A stretch of 64,000 bases of DNA from an uncultured Porphyromonadaceae bacterium (GCA_900550645.1 URTA01000004.1:29832-93831); one strand, 5' to 3'. Counted from the stretch's first letter, positions 1 to 9,556 are shown. Notes: generated by a model from the sequence alone, not told the origin. Made by a program: numbers and translations.

Positions 1-2
1 GT

Positions 3-1247
3 ATGAAGGCAGTAAACAATTCTGAAACAGAGCAATATAACGTATTCCGTCTTTCTGGCGGGCTGACTTGTGTGCACCGCCGCCGCATGGGTGCGGTCAG
101 CTACATAGGCATCGTGGTCGGCGCGGGCAGCCGCGACGAGGGAGCAGCCCTGCACGGACTGGCGCATTTCGTGGAACACACTATTTTCAAGGGTACGCGC
201 CACCGCAGCAGCTGGCACATCTCAAACCGCATGGAGAGCATCGGCGGCGAGCTGAATGCGTACACCAGCAAGGAGGAAACAGTCGTGTACACGGCTGCTC
301 CTGCCGGCGAGCCGGCACGGGCATTGGAACTCATTTCCGACCTGGTGCGCTATTCCACATTCCCCGCCGAGGAACTCGAGCGTGAGCGCGAGGTGGTCTG
401 CGAGGAGATAAAGTCATATCTCGATTCCCCCTCTGACGCTGTCTATGACGAGTTTGAGGAACTGGTGTATGCCGGCTCGCCGATGGCTCACAACATACTC
501 GGAAGCACCGACAGCGTCCATGCCCTCACAGGCGCGGATTGTCGCGGTTTCATCGAGGATTTTTACACCCCCGACAATATGGTGCTGTATGTGGAAGACC
601 CCTCGCCGCTGCATACCATAGAGCGTCTTGCGGAGAAGCATTTCGGAGCGTTGCGCCTCTCGCGGCGTGATTCGGGGCGGCAGACACCGCCGCTGGCAGC
701 GCCTTTCGCCGAGAAACGCGACCGAGGCGGTTTCCAGTCGCATACGCTCATGGGTGTGCGCGTATGCAACCGCGATGCCGACGAGCGTTTCCCGCTCTTC
801 CTGCTCAACAATTACCTCGGCGGACCGTGCATGAACTCACGGCTTAACCAGGAGCTGCGCGAGCGTCGCGGATATGTGTACACCGTTGACAGCACCGTTG
901 CCCTGATGAGCGACTGCGGGCTGATGCAGGTGTATTTCGGCTCTGATCACAGCCATGTCGAGAAGTGCCGCCGCCTCGTGATGCGCGAACTCGAAACGCT
1001 CGCGGAAAAGCCGATTTCACCGGTGAAATTCGACCGCATACGCCGCCAGTATGCCGGACAGCTGCTCCTCGGCACGGACAACCGCGAGTCGGTGGCAATG
1101 GCGATGGGGAAGAGCCTGTTGTATTACGGTGAGATACACGATGCGCAGTGGACTTCGGAACGCATCATGGCGGTCACGGCGGAGCAGGTGCGTGCCGTTG
1201 CTGAGGCGTTGCTCGCTTCCGGGTTCTCATCGCTGACGATTTGTTGA
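3..1247 (+). CDS. M16 family (pitrilysin/insulinase-like) zinc peptidase
   Basis: Inverted zinc-binding motif HFVEH (HxxEH) near the N-terminus, with the downstream conserved Glu region; length about 414 aa is typical. ATG at nt 3, so the gene appears complete. Confidence 0.8.
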   Translation: MKAVNNSETEQYNVFRLSGGLTCVHRRRMGAVSYIGIVVGAGSRDEGAALHGLAHFVEHTIFKGTRHRSSWHISNRMESIGGELNAYTSKEETVVYTAAPAGEPARALELISDLVRYSTFPAEELEREREVVCEEIKSYLDSPSDAVYDEFEELVYAGSPMAHNILGSTDSVHALTGADCRGFIEDFYTPDNMVLYVEDPSPLHTIERLAEKHFGALRLSRRDSGRQTPPLAAPFAEKRDRGGFQSHTLMGVRVCNRDADERFPLFLLNNYLGGPCMNSRLNQELRERRGYVYTVDSTVALMSDCGLMQVYFGSDHSHVEKCRRLVMRELETLAEKPISPVKFDRIRRQYAGQLLLGTDNRESVAMAMGKSLLYYGEIHDAQWTSERIMAVTAEQVRAVAEALLASGFSSLTIC

Positions 1248-1327
1248 CGCACGGTGTTGGCAACAGAGGCGTGAAAGTTGTTCTATATAGCGTATTGATG
1301 TTGTTCGTCAGATTTTAATCCCTAAAT

Positions 1328-2326
1328 TTGCAGACAGTTATGAAAATAGGCAGTGTTGAATTTGGTAGCCGCCCGGTGTTCCTTGCGCCGATGGAGGATG
1401 TCACCGACCCGTCGTTCCGGCTGATATGCCGCGAGATGGGTGCGGCGATGGTCTATACCGAGTTCGTGAGCGCAGAGGCGTTGATACGAAACATCGATTC
1501 CACCGTGCGCAAGCTGACCATTGACGACCGCGAGCGTCCTGTGGCTATACAGATTTACGGGCGTGACACCGATGCTATGGTTGAGGCTGCCAGTATAGTG
1601 GAACAGGCCGGGCCTGATGTCCTCGACATCAACTTCGGCTGTCCCGTCAAGCGTGTCGCCTCCAAGGGCGCGGGCGCGGGCATGCTGCGTGACATACCGA
1701 AAATGCTCGACATAACGCGGCGCGTAGTCGATGCCGTGAGCATACCGGTGACTGTCAAGACCCGGCTGGGCTGGGACTGCGAGAACAAGATAATATGCGA
1801 CCTCGGGCCGCAGCTTCAGGACTGCGGCATAAAGGCGATTACCGTCCACGGCCGCACCCGCAGCCAGATGTACACCGGCTCTGCCGACTGGGAACTGATA
1901 GGCCGCCTAAAGGCCGACCCGCGCATGGAGATACCGGTGATAGGCAACGGAGACATAACTACCCCCGAGGGTGCTGCCGCCGCTTTCGACACGTATGGCG
2001 TGGACGGCATCATGATAGGCCGTGCCTCTTTCGGAACACCGTGGATATTTCATGACGTGACCGAGTATCTTGCCCATGGCAGCTATACCCCCCTCAGCGT
2101 GCCGGAGAAAATGTCGCTGCTTCGCCGCCAGGTGCGTGAGAGCATACAGCGCATCGACGAGTACCGTGGCATACTGCACATACGCCGCCACCTTGCAGCC
2201 TCGCCGCTGTTCAAGGGACTGCCTGATTTCCGCCCTACGCGCATACGCATGCTGCGTGCGGAAACCGAGGCCGAGATACTCGAAATCTTCGATGAAATCG
2301 CAGAAAAATATTATCAACAGGTATAA
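1328..2326 (+). CDS. dusB: tRNA-dihydrouridine synthase (DusB-type TIM-barrel flavoenzyme)
   Basis: N-terminal LAPMEDVTDxxFR motif, KTRLGWD segment and a conserved Cys. The true start may be the ATG at 1340 (MKIGSVEF). Confidence 0.8.
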   Translation: MQTVMKIGSVEFGSRPVFLAPMEDVTDPSFRLICREMGAAMVYTEFVSAEALIRNIDSTVRKLTIDDRERPVAIQIYGRDTDAMVEAASIVEQAGPDVLDINFGCPVKRVASKGAGAGMLRDIPKMLDITRRVVDAVSIPVTVKTRLGWDCENKIICDLGPQLQDCGIKAITVHGRTRSQMYTGSADWELIGRLKADPRMEIPVIGNGDITTPEGAAAAFDTYGVDGIMIGRASFGTPWIFHDVTEYLAHGSYTPLSVPEKMSLLRRQVRESIQRIDEYRGILHIRRHLAASPLFKGLPDFRPTRIRMLRAETEAEILEIFDEIAEKYYQQV

Positions 2327-2344
2327 TTCAAATCTATTGCAGCC

Positions 2345-3088
2345 ATGAGAAAGTGGAACGGTATATTGTTGCTGGCGTTGCTGTCCGCTGTATGCGTCGG
2401 ACAGGCAAAGGCAGACTCTGATGTGTATGACTATGAACTGAAAACCGGCAGCTTCAGCAAGCTGCGTGTGGTCAACAATGTAAATGTGGTCTATACGGCA
2501 AGCCTCGACTCGGCCGGCATGGCGGTCTTCCGCGCACCGAAGGAGATGGCGGATTTCTTCATCGTGTCAAACAACAACGGTACGCTCAAGGTCGAGACGC
2601 TGCCGCAGATGAGAGTCATGAAGGGCCTGCCTACGCTGTATGTGTATTCGGAGTTCCTCTCTGACGCGCAGAACGACAGCGACAGCACGCTCTACATACG
2701 CAGCGTGAAGCCCTGCCCGAAATTCAAGGCGGAGCTGATAGGCAACGGACGGCTGATAGTGGACAACATCCGCGCTACGGATGTCGAGTGTTTTCTCAAC
2801 ACCGGCAACGGCACTATCTCCGTAAACGGCGAGTGCAGCAACGCGAAGTTCAAGATGGTAGGTACAGGGCTGATACAGGCCGACGAGCTGATGAGCGAGA
2901 ATGTGAAATGCTCAATCCTCGGCGGCGGCACGATAGGTTGCTGGCCGCGCTTTGGCCTGAACGTCAAAGGCATCGGCTCGACCAAGATATACTACAAAGG
3001 CAACCCGCAGGTCAGCAAGCGCGGCGGCGGAAAGCTGCTGCGCCTCGAGTCTGCCACTGACGACGAAGACGACACCCTTCCCGAATAA
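2345..3088 (+). CDS. DUF2807/GIN-domain lipoprotein (putative auto-transporter adhesin head-like)
   Basis: Signal peptide. Repetitive G(N/T)G..(I/V).V.G beta-solenoid-like motifs typical of DUF2807. Acidic C-terminal tail. Confidence 0.55.
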   Translation: MRKWNGILLLALLSAVCVGQAKADSDVYDYELKTGSFSKLRVVNNVNVVYTASLDSAGMAVFRAPKEMADFFIVSNNNGTLKVETLPQMRVMKGLPTLYVYSEFLSDAQNDSDSTLYIRSVKPCPKFKAELIGNGRLIVDNIRATDVECFLNTGNGTISVNGECSNAKFKMVGTGLIQADELMSENVKCSILGGGTIGCWPRFGLNVKGIGSTKIYYKGNPQVSKRGGGKLLRLESATDDEDDTLPE

Positions 3089-3146
3089 TCCTCCTCCCTC
3101 ATCCCTGGTCAGAGCTCTCCGAGACCTCCGAGATCTCGGGATAGAT

Positions 3147-3181
3147 AAAGCCCCTAAGGCCACAAGGACCTTAGGGGCTTT
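3147..3181. terminator. Perfect 13-bp-stem palindromic hairpin (AAAGCCCCTAAGG / CCTTAGGGGCTTT) between convergent genes
   Basis: Inverted repeat read directly from the sequence. It sits between the stop of 2345..3088 (+) and the stop of 3200..4279 (-). The flanking A/T runs make it a likely bidirectional terminator. Confidence 0.55.
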
Positions 3182-3199
3182 ATGTGAGATGTGAGGTCA

Positions 3200-4279
3200 T
3201 TATTTATCCTCGGCGGGCGGAACTTGGAGGATTACATAGCGGAAGCCGCTTGTTCCCTCTCTGCTCCACTCTACATTGTATGAATGTTCGAGTGTGAACT
3301 CGTGGTGTTCCTTTTTGTCGTTCTCTTTTTCGCACTTGCCAGTCCACTTCATTTCTGGTCCATGGCTGCCTTGAGCCATCGAGAAATTCGCGTAGCCTGC
3401 GTCTTCGCGTTTATGCCCTTCCCAGTATTTCTCATCGTTGGTGACGAACAAGGCGATGCCGCCGACAACACCGCTGAAACGTTGCTTGACAATCTCGATG
3501 CGGCGCACGTCCTTCCAAAAACCGTACATGCCGTAGTTGGTAGCTCCCTGGTTCTTGAGCGTGGCGAAATCAACCTTCTCTCCGAAACGCTCGCTTTCTT
3601 CCTCGTCCATTGCAGTGGTTTTGTATTTCATCTCGATGACGAACCACTCGTCGCCACGGCACAGCACGATGTCGAGGTTGAAATGCCGCTCCCATACGTT
3701 TCCGTTCGTGCCGTCCGGCAGGACTTCCTTGTCGATGAAGTACTCAGTCTGTATCTCATCATACTTGCCGGTATTACGCAGGTATATCGTGAGGTCAACC
3801 TGCATGTCGAGCTCGTTGTGGAACAGTTTTATTTTGTCGGTCTTGTCTTTCTTGGGATTTATCACTGTTTCATCGAGCCACTGGCGGATGTCGGCTTCGA
3901 CTATTGCCGGGAGGGGGAGTGCGCTGTCCTTTTCGCGCTTGTATGCCACGGAATCCAGCATCTGTTTGCGTGTGGTCTGCTTAGGTATGTCTTTCACTCC
4001 CGACAGCGTGATGCCGTCAAGCACTTTCACCCAGTCGTCTGCCGGGTATACTTTCACCTTGAGGTTGCGCTCTTGAAGCATCGATTTCTCGAAGCTGCCC
4101 ACGGTGAGGCTTGTCCGGCACTCGAAAGTGCCAGGGATTGCACCCAGCGACACGAGTGTTACATTAGGGTCTGCTTGGCTGCCGCCTTTGTAGACGCGGA
4201 GTGTGCCGCCTACCAAGTCCCGAAACTGCTGTTTCAGGTCGGCGACTGTGGTCGTTTCATTAATGACGAATTTTGCCAT
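3200..4279 (-). CDS. Hypothetical protein with a C-terminal PD-(D/E)xK-like nuclease core motif
   Basis: Long clean ORF, co-oriented with and 8 nt from the upstream ORF. Motif D(IVLCRGDEWFVI)EMK resembles the D...ExK of the restriction-endonuclease fold. GC content is visibly lower than its surroundings. No recognisable named family. Confidence 0.55.
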   Translation of the reverse strand: MAKFVINETTTVADLKQQFRDLVGGTLRVYKGGSQADPNVTLVSLGAIPGTFECRTSLTVGSFEKSMLQERNLKVKVYPADDWVKVLDGITLSGVKDIPKQTTRKQMLDSVAYKREKDSALPLPAIVEADIRQWLDETVINPKKDKTDKIKLFHNELDMQVDLTIYLRNTGKYDEIQTEYFIDKEVLPDGTNGNVWERHFNLDIVLCRGDEWFVIEMKYKTTAMDEEESERFGEKVDFATLKNQGATNYGMYGFWKDVRRIEIVKQRFSGVVGGIALFVTNDEKYWEGHKREDAGYANFSMAQGSHGPEMKWTGKCEKENDKKEHHEFTLEHSYNVEWSREGTSGFRYVILQVPPAEDK

Positions 4280-4286
4280 TGGCTTG

Positions 4287-5201
4287 TTATTTAGAGAGTT
4301 TTGAATATTCGGTTATTGTGTATGTCTCGCAGATGCCCTTGTCGAGGTATGGCGGGAATTTGCGGCTGCGTGCCGCCACTGCCATTTTGCTGAAGTCTAT
4401 CTCAGCGTCAAGTATCTGCATCTTGCCGCCTGACAGTGCTGTGCGTATCAGCTCTTCCACCTTTTCGCGCCCTTCCACTTCGGGCACGCGGACGCAGTTG
4501 TTGAAAAATACGCCGCAGAAGTCCGGGTCGATGTCGGCAGTGCCGAAGCGCCGCGCTATTGAGCGGAGTATGCGGTCAGCCTCGTTGTCCTCGCAGACGG
4601 CGATGTCGATGTACATCACGTCCCCGCCCGAAAGGCATATCGCCTCTATGCGCTCGCGTGTGCAGCGGTTGTCGGGGTCTATGAGTATCGCCGGGTTGTG
4701 TCGTCCCATCACGTCCTCCTCGAACTGGCGTATGACGACTTCCGCGCCCAGCTCGCGCTCAAAGTATGCTTCTCGTCCCTCTTTGGTCGCAAAACTGAAA
4801 AGCGAACCCATTCGTTTGCCGAGGCCGATTTTGTCCACGATGCGGCTTGCTATCAGGTAATTGCTTTGTTCTGAGCAGTCGCCCAGGTCAACGTGTGAGG
4901 CATAGTCGAGCAGGGTAGCGCGAGCGTCTTCTGCAAGAGTGTACAGGCGGCAAATGCCGTCGCCGCGCTTGGCTATTGCGAAGTCGCCGTGTTCCAGCAT
5001 CTTCCCGTTGGCGAGGGCAAACTCGTCAAGCAGCATTTCTGCCAGCTGTTCCGCTGTGCAGTCGGGAGGGTATGCCATTCCGAGTTCGTCGGCGATACGG
5101 CGCATCTGTGTGCCGTCATCGTCATAGATGCTGTAGACCTTGATGTCGTCAGGATCATTGATTACGACCGCGTATTGCCGTGAGATTGCTATGTGTATCA
5201 T
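4287..5201 (-). CDS. Hypothetical protein (first gene of a two-gene cassette with 3200..4279)
   Basis: 304 aa ORF with no recognisable family motifs. Acidic, with a possible Rossmann-like segment (PAILIDPD ... GGDVMYIDIAV). Upstream is a 320 bp AT-rich promoter region. Confidence 0.5.
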   Translation of the reverse strand: MIHIAISRQYAVVINDPDDIKVYSIYDDDGTQMRRIADELGMAYPPDCTAEQLAEMLLDEFALANGKMLEHGDFAIAKRGDGICRLYTLAEDARATLLDYASHVDLGDCSEQSNYLIASRIVDKIGLGKRMGSLFSFATKEGREAYFERELGAEVVIRQFEEDVMGRHNPAILIDPDNRCTRERIEAICLSGGDVMYIDIAVCEDNEADRILRSIARRFGTADIDPDFCGVFFNNCVRVPEVEGREKVEELIRTALSGGKMQILDAEIDFSKMAVAARSRKFPPYLDKGICETYTITEYSKLSK

Positions 5202-5525
5202 TAGCGTCTTGTTTCATGGTTTCTGATGAGATATATCAAATGCCCCTTGATTTCTCAATGCTGGAATGTTAAATGTGACATTGCTTGCTGAAGCTGCCAG
5301 AAGTCGCGGTTGTGGTTTTGGCGGCTACAACTTGCCAACGCAAAGTTATTGAACATCTGCCGAATTATCTCCCCCCGAAAGGTAAATTGTTGTAAATTGC
5401 GGTTCGTGCTGGCGGTTTTCTGCTGCATAACATATAATTAGTTGCTGCGCGGTGTGTGCCTGCTGTATTGCAAGCGTCGGAAAATCTATGTAATTTTGGA
5501 GTGTCATTCCAAATCTGCATAACTT

Positions 5526-6680
5526 ATGGAGGCGAAATATATACACCGGGACATGGAGGCGACTGTCCGTGAGGCAGCTCGCTATTTCCCCGTAATAACA
5601 GTGACCGGGCCACGGCAGTCTGGCAAGACGACCATGCTGCGGCATCTGTTTGAGCATCTGACGTATTATTCATTGGAGAACCCTGACACGCGGGATTTTG
5701 CCATGGAAGACCCAGTGCGTTTCCTGAACCTGCACGCTGAGGGGATGATGCTCGATGAGGTGCAGAACGTGCCGCAGCTGCTGTCGTACATTCAGGGGAT
5801 AGTTGACAGTGACCCGTCGCGGAGGTTCATCCTTTCGGGAAGTTCCAATTTCTCGCTGCTTCGCAACGTGTCGCAGTCGCTGGCAGGGCGCACTGGCGTG
5901 TTCGAACTCCTGCCGCTGTCGTATGCAGAACTTGGTGACACGGAATATGTGCGAGATGCTGACGGTTTGATGTATGGCGGACTTTACCCGGCGGTGTGCA
6001 GCGGAAGCAATGTCCCGAAGTTCTTGTATCCGGCATACGTGCGCACATACCTGGAGCGAGACGTGCGTGACCTGCTTGCTGTGAAGGACATGCTGCAGTT
6101 CAACACGTTCCTGCGGCTGTGTGCCGGGCGTATCGGCTCGGTGTTCAACGCCAGCGACCTTGCCGGCGAAGTCGGTGTCACGTCCAAGACGATACAGTCG
6201 TGGATTTCGATACTGCAAGCGTCATACATCATCTATCTCATGCCGCCGTATCACGAGAACAGCAACAAGCGGCTGACCAAGTCGCCGAAAATGTATTTCT
6301 GCGACACAGGACTGGCGTGCGCGTTGCTCGGCATTGAGTCGAAGGAGCAGCTTGCGTTTCACAGCATGCGCGGGCATCTGTTTGAGAACCTCATTGTGAC
6401 TGAGTGCCTGAAACGCCGCCTCAATGAGGGCAAGGACGGCAACCTGTATTTCTACCGCGATTCGAACCAGAACGAGATAGACATACTGTTGTGCAGCGGC
6501 GACGGTGTGGAGGCTGTTGAGGTGAAGAGCGCGATGACCTACAATCGCAGCTTCGAGCGAGCGTTGCGGCGCGTAGGCGACTGGGTCAAGGCTGATGTGA
6601 AGCGTCGGACGATAGTCTATACCGGCGAGCTGGAAAGCACAGAGGGGGACATCCGGCTGGTCAACTATACGCATTTCTGA
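5526..6680 (+). CDS. AAA+ ATPase with C-terminal DUF4143 domain (ATP-binding protein family common in Bacteroidota)
   Basis: Walker A GPRQSGKTT and Walker B-like MMLDEVQ. The conserved C-terminal DUF4143 region is itself a predicted PD-(D/E)xK fold. A TAATTTTG -7 box lies about 20 nt upstream of the ATG. Confidence 0.8.
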   Translation: MEAKYIHRDMEATVREAARYFPVITVTGPRQSGKTTMLRHLFEHLTYYSLENPDTRDFAMEDPVRFLNLHAEGMMLDEVQNVPQLLSYIQGIVDSDPSRRFILSGSSNFSLLRNVSQSLAGRTGVFELLPLSYAELGDTEYVRDADGLMYGGLYPAVCSGSNVPKFLYPAYVRTYLERDVRDLLAVKDMLQFNTFLRLCAGRIGSVFNASDLAGEVGVTSKTIQSWISILQASYIIYLMPPYHENSNKRLTKSPKMYFCDTGLACALLGIESKEQLAFHSMRGHLFENLIVTECLKRRLNEGKDGNLYFYRDSNQNEIDILLCSGDGVEAVEVKSAMTYNRSFERALRRVGDWVKADVKRRTIVYTGELESTEGDIRLVNYTHF

Positions 6681-6767
6681 GGCGCAGCCAAAAAGAAAAA
6701 ACAAAAAATGCGGCTGATATTTGCGTGGTCGGGAAAAAGGTATTAACTTTGCAGTCGCTTAGGCACT

Positions 6768-6841
6768 CGGGGTGTAGCACAGTTGGTTAGCGCGCTACGT
6801 TCGGGACGTAGAGGTCGGAAGTTCGAGTCTTCTCACCCCGA
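6768..6841 (+). tRNA. tRNA-Pro (anticodon CGG)
   Basis: Cloverleaf folded by hand. Acceptor CGGGGTG/CACCCCG, D-arm AGCACAGTTGGTTAGCGCG, anticodon stem CTACG/CGTAG with loop TTCGGGA (anticodon CGG), T-arm GGAAGTTCGAGTCTTCT, discriminator A. No encoded CCA. Confidence 0.8.
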
Positions 6842-6844
6842 CAA

Positions 6845-6876
6845 GCAGGTGAAACAGTTTGTTCACCTGCTTTTTT
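6845..6876 (+). terminator. Rho-independent terminator after tRNA-Pro
   Basis: Hairpin GCAGGTGAA...TTCACCTGC (9 bp stem) followed by TTTTTT. Confidence 0.7.
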
Positions 6877-7006
6877 GTTGCCCGAACGGTTGGAGTATTC
6901 CCCGATAACTCGGAGTGTTCGTAGAACTCTGGTGGTGATAACAATCGGTTGATTTAGTGTGATTTGTCCTTCGCGTGCGGCACGCTGTGTCACTGCGCAG
7001 CTGAGG

Positions 7007-7957
7007 TCAGAAGCGGAAGAAGAAATTGTTCTCGGCGTTCTGCAGGTCAGAGATGTAGAAGTCGATGAAGAGCAGCGTGGCGAGGAGCAGGATGCCTGTG
7101 TTGAAGAGCGAGGTGAGCAGCAGGTACTTGCCTCTTTTCAGCTTCTGCATATAGTATGCTGTCGCGGCAGACAGCAGTATGCCGACAGCAAATATCCCCA
7201 CAGGTATCCATTGCATCTGCACCGGGTATATCAGTGATGCGACAACGGTTACAAGCACAGCTATTGCGGAGTTTAGCATCAGCACGATGCGCCCGCCCGG
7301 TTTGCCCATAATGTTTACCAGAGAGTGTTTGTTGTATTGCCAGTCGGTGTCAAATGCCTGGTAGTTGTACATGATGTGCGAGCTGCAGGCGTACAGCCCG
7401 ATTATTATGGCGGCAAATATTGACGGTCCCATGTCGTAGTCGGTAAGCCCTGTTATGGCAGAGTGCCGAGCCATAAGATATGTTGTTGAGATGACCGCTA
7501 CCGGACCAAATGTCAGGAGCACAAGTATCGTTGAAATAGGTGAGCGTGCTATGTGCTTTGTGCCGAGGCATGAGAACACAATGTGAATTAACAGCATTGC
7601 GCCTGGGATAAGAACCCACCATCCTCCGATATACCATATTGCTGCGGCTGCGGCGAGTGCAAGTGTGCCGAGAGACATGATGTATTTGCGCAGGAGATGC
7701 CCTACGCCGTTGTATGGGCGTGTCTGAGTGTATGCCTCAAAGTATTCCGCGCCGATGTCGCCTCCTTGGGCTATGAATGCACTGACGAAAAGGAGGTTGC
7801 TCGTCAGCTGTATGAGTATTGCGAAAGAGAGGCACAACAGGAATGCTGTCATGTCGAAAAAGCCTTGCAGTGCAGCTGTCGCAGCTCCTGCCACTACCCC
7901 GGCTATCCCCAGCGGGAGCGAGGTGAAATCCAAGCTGTTTATTAGGGTTTTGTTCAT
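7007..7957 (-). CDS. Polytopic membrane protein, UbiA/MenA prenyltransferase-like (degenerate Asp-rich motifs)
   Basis: About 9 predicted TM helices. The segment YQAFDTDWQYNKHSL...GKPGG resembles the second D-rich motif of UbiA-family enzymes, but the first NDxxD motif is not obvious. Confidence 0.4.
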   Translation of the reverse strand: MNKTLINSLDFTSLPLGIAGVVAGAATAALQGFFDMTAFLLCLSFAILIQLTSNLLFVSAFIAQGGDIGAEYFEAYTQTRPYNGVGHLLRKYIMSLGTLALAAAAAIWYIGGWWVLIPGAMLLIHIVFSCLGTKHIARSPISTILVLLTFGPVAVISTTYLMARHSAITGLTDYDMGPSIFAAIIIGLYACSSHIMYNYQAFDTDWQYNKHSLVNIMGKPGGRIVLMLNSAIAVLVTVVASLIYPVQMQWIPVGIFAVGILLSAATAYYMQKLKRGKYLLLTSLFNTGILLLATLLFIDFYISDLQNAENNFFFRF

Positions 7958-8209
7958 ATAACTGTCCCGTTATCAGTGGCTTTGGTGACATTCTCTGCCA
8001 CTTGCGCCTATCGTTGAATGTTTTCGGCTGTAAAGTTATAAAAAGTTTTAGGAATGAGCAAGTGTTGTTAGTGTAAAATTTCTGCTGAGCCGAAAAATTT
8101 TGTCGCGGTTGGTTTTTGGGTGTAAAAAAGCCGCCCTGCGCTTGAATAAATGTGTGCTGGACGGATATAAGTGAAGCTGTCACCGCTGGTATGCGGCATG
8201 GCTGTAATG

Positions 8210-9556
8210 TCATTCGAGGTGGATAGCTGCTGGGTGCAGTACCTTCCAGCAGTTGTCCTCGAAAATGGCGGAGCCGGCAGTGTCGGTGACTATGCGAGAG
8301 CAGGACTCTGCGCCGGCGAGAGAGGGGGCTTCACACGCACCGTATAGTGTGGTCTGTGCGTCGAGCGACACAAGAGCCACGACCGAGGGGTCAGACTCGA
8401 CTGTGAATGACCCCGTCAGCCCATTGGTGGTTGTGAGGCGGTACACGGTCTTGCCGGGAGTCACCTGTCGGTCTGCGCGGACGAAAACGCGGTTGCGGTT
8501 AGCGCGGCCGAGGTAGATAACCTTTTCAGCACCCTGTGCCGGCTGCTGGCGTGTCGGCGCTTGTCGCGGCATAGCGGCAGGCTCTGCGGATTTTTCACGC
8601 ATGGACTGCAATTGCTGTTGCAGCTGGCTGATGCGGGAATTGAGCTGGTCTGCTTGTGAGCGGGCTTCCTGCTCGGCGGCTCGGCTGTTGTCGAGGGCGC
8701 GTCGCAGACGCTCGATCTCCTCATTCTTGGCTGCAATGGTGTTGGCATAGCGTGCTTGCATCTCCTCGATCCCGGTATCGGCAGCAGCGGAAGGAGCGTA
8801 TGAAGGCTCTGGTTGTGGAGCATATTTCTCTTCCTGCTCCGAGGGTTCGGCTTTCTTCCGCTTTTCGGGAGATGACTGTTGTTGCTCTGGACCTTTCATA
8901 GCACGCATTGCGTATAGCACGAGCCAGATGACGATGCCGATGAGGACGATGAGCAGGACGACGTAAATCCAGGTGCTTGTTGAGCCCTGGTCTGCTTGCG
9001 CCACCTCTTCTTCGGCTGATGTTTCTGCCGAAGAGGAGTCAACAGCCTGAACTGGGGCTTCTTGTGCAACGGTCTGTTCGGTCGGTGCAGTTTGCGGCTC
9101 TTGCTCCTGCGGCTGTTCCTCTGGTTCGGGCTTTGCCGCAGAGGGTTCAGTGACCGACATCGTGCTGATGCGGGCTTTGATAGTATTGTTGCGGCTCTGT
9201 TCCGCCTTTTTGCTTAGGTTGGCGTTTTGGAAGAAAGTCTTGCTCCAATAGTTTACGAGTTGCTCCTTGCCCCAAGAGGGGTAGTCCTTGCTGACGGGAG
9301 CTGCGAGGAACTGCTTGAGGTTGTCCGCATCGGCTTGGTGTCCTTCGACCATAGAGCGCAGTTCCTTTGTAGACTTTGCTTTTTTGCCGTCGAGGTAGTC
9401 CGACTTGTCGTTGGTGTAACGCAGGTAGACTTGGGCTGCCACGGCGCGTGCGTGGTCCCATTCCTCATCAGTTACGGCATGTGCCGCGAGCGAGGGGAGG
9501 CAGATTGCGGCGGCGAGAAGTCCGCGCAACAGTATTCTTGACGGAGATGTTTTCAT
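8210..9556 (-). CDS. Hypothetical bitopic protein (signal peptide, Q/P/E-rich linker, central TM helix, coiled coil, C-terminal globular domain)
   Basis: Signal peptide MKTSPSRILLRGLLAAAICLPSLAAHA. TM segment WIYVVLLIVLIGIVIWLVLYAM. Heptad-like QLQQQLQ region. No family recognised. Confidence 0.5.
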   Translation of the reverse strand: MKTSPSRILLRGLLAAAICLPSLAAHAVTDEEWDHARAVAAQVYLRYTNDKSDYLDGKKAKSTKELRSMVEGHQADADNLKQFLAAPVSKDYPSWGKEQLVNYWSKTFFQNANLSKKAEQSRNNTIKARISTMSVTEPSAAKPEPEEQPQEQEPQTAPTEQTVAQEAPVQAVDSSSAETSAEEEVAQADQGSTSTWIYVVLLIVLIGIVIWLVLYAMRAMKGPEQQQSSPEKRKKAEPSEQEEKYAPQPEPSYAPSAAADTGIEEMQARYANTIAAKNEEIERLRRALDNSRAAEQEARSQADQLNSRISQLQQQLQSMREKSAEPAAMPRQAPTRQQPAQGAEKVIYLGRANRNRVFVRADRQVTPGKTVYRLTTTNGLTGSFTVESDPSVVALVSLDAQTTLYGACEAPSLAGAESCSRIVTDTAGSAIFEDNCWKVLHPAAIHLE

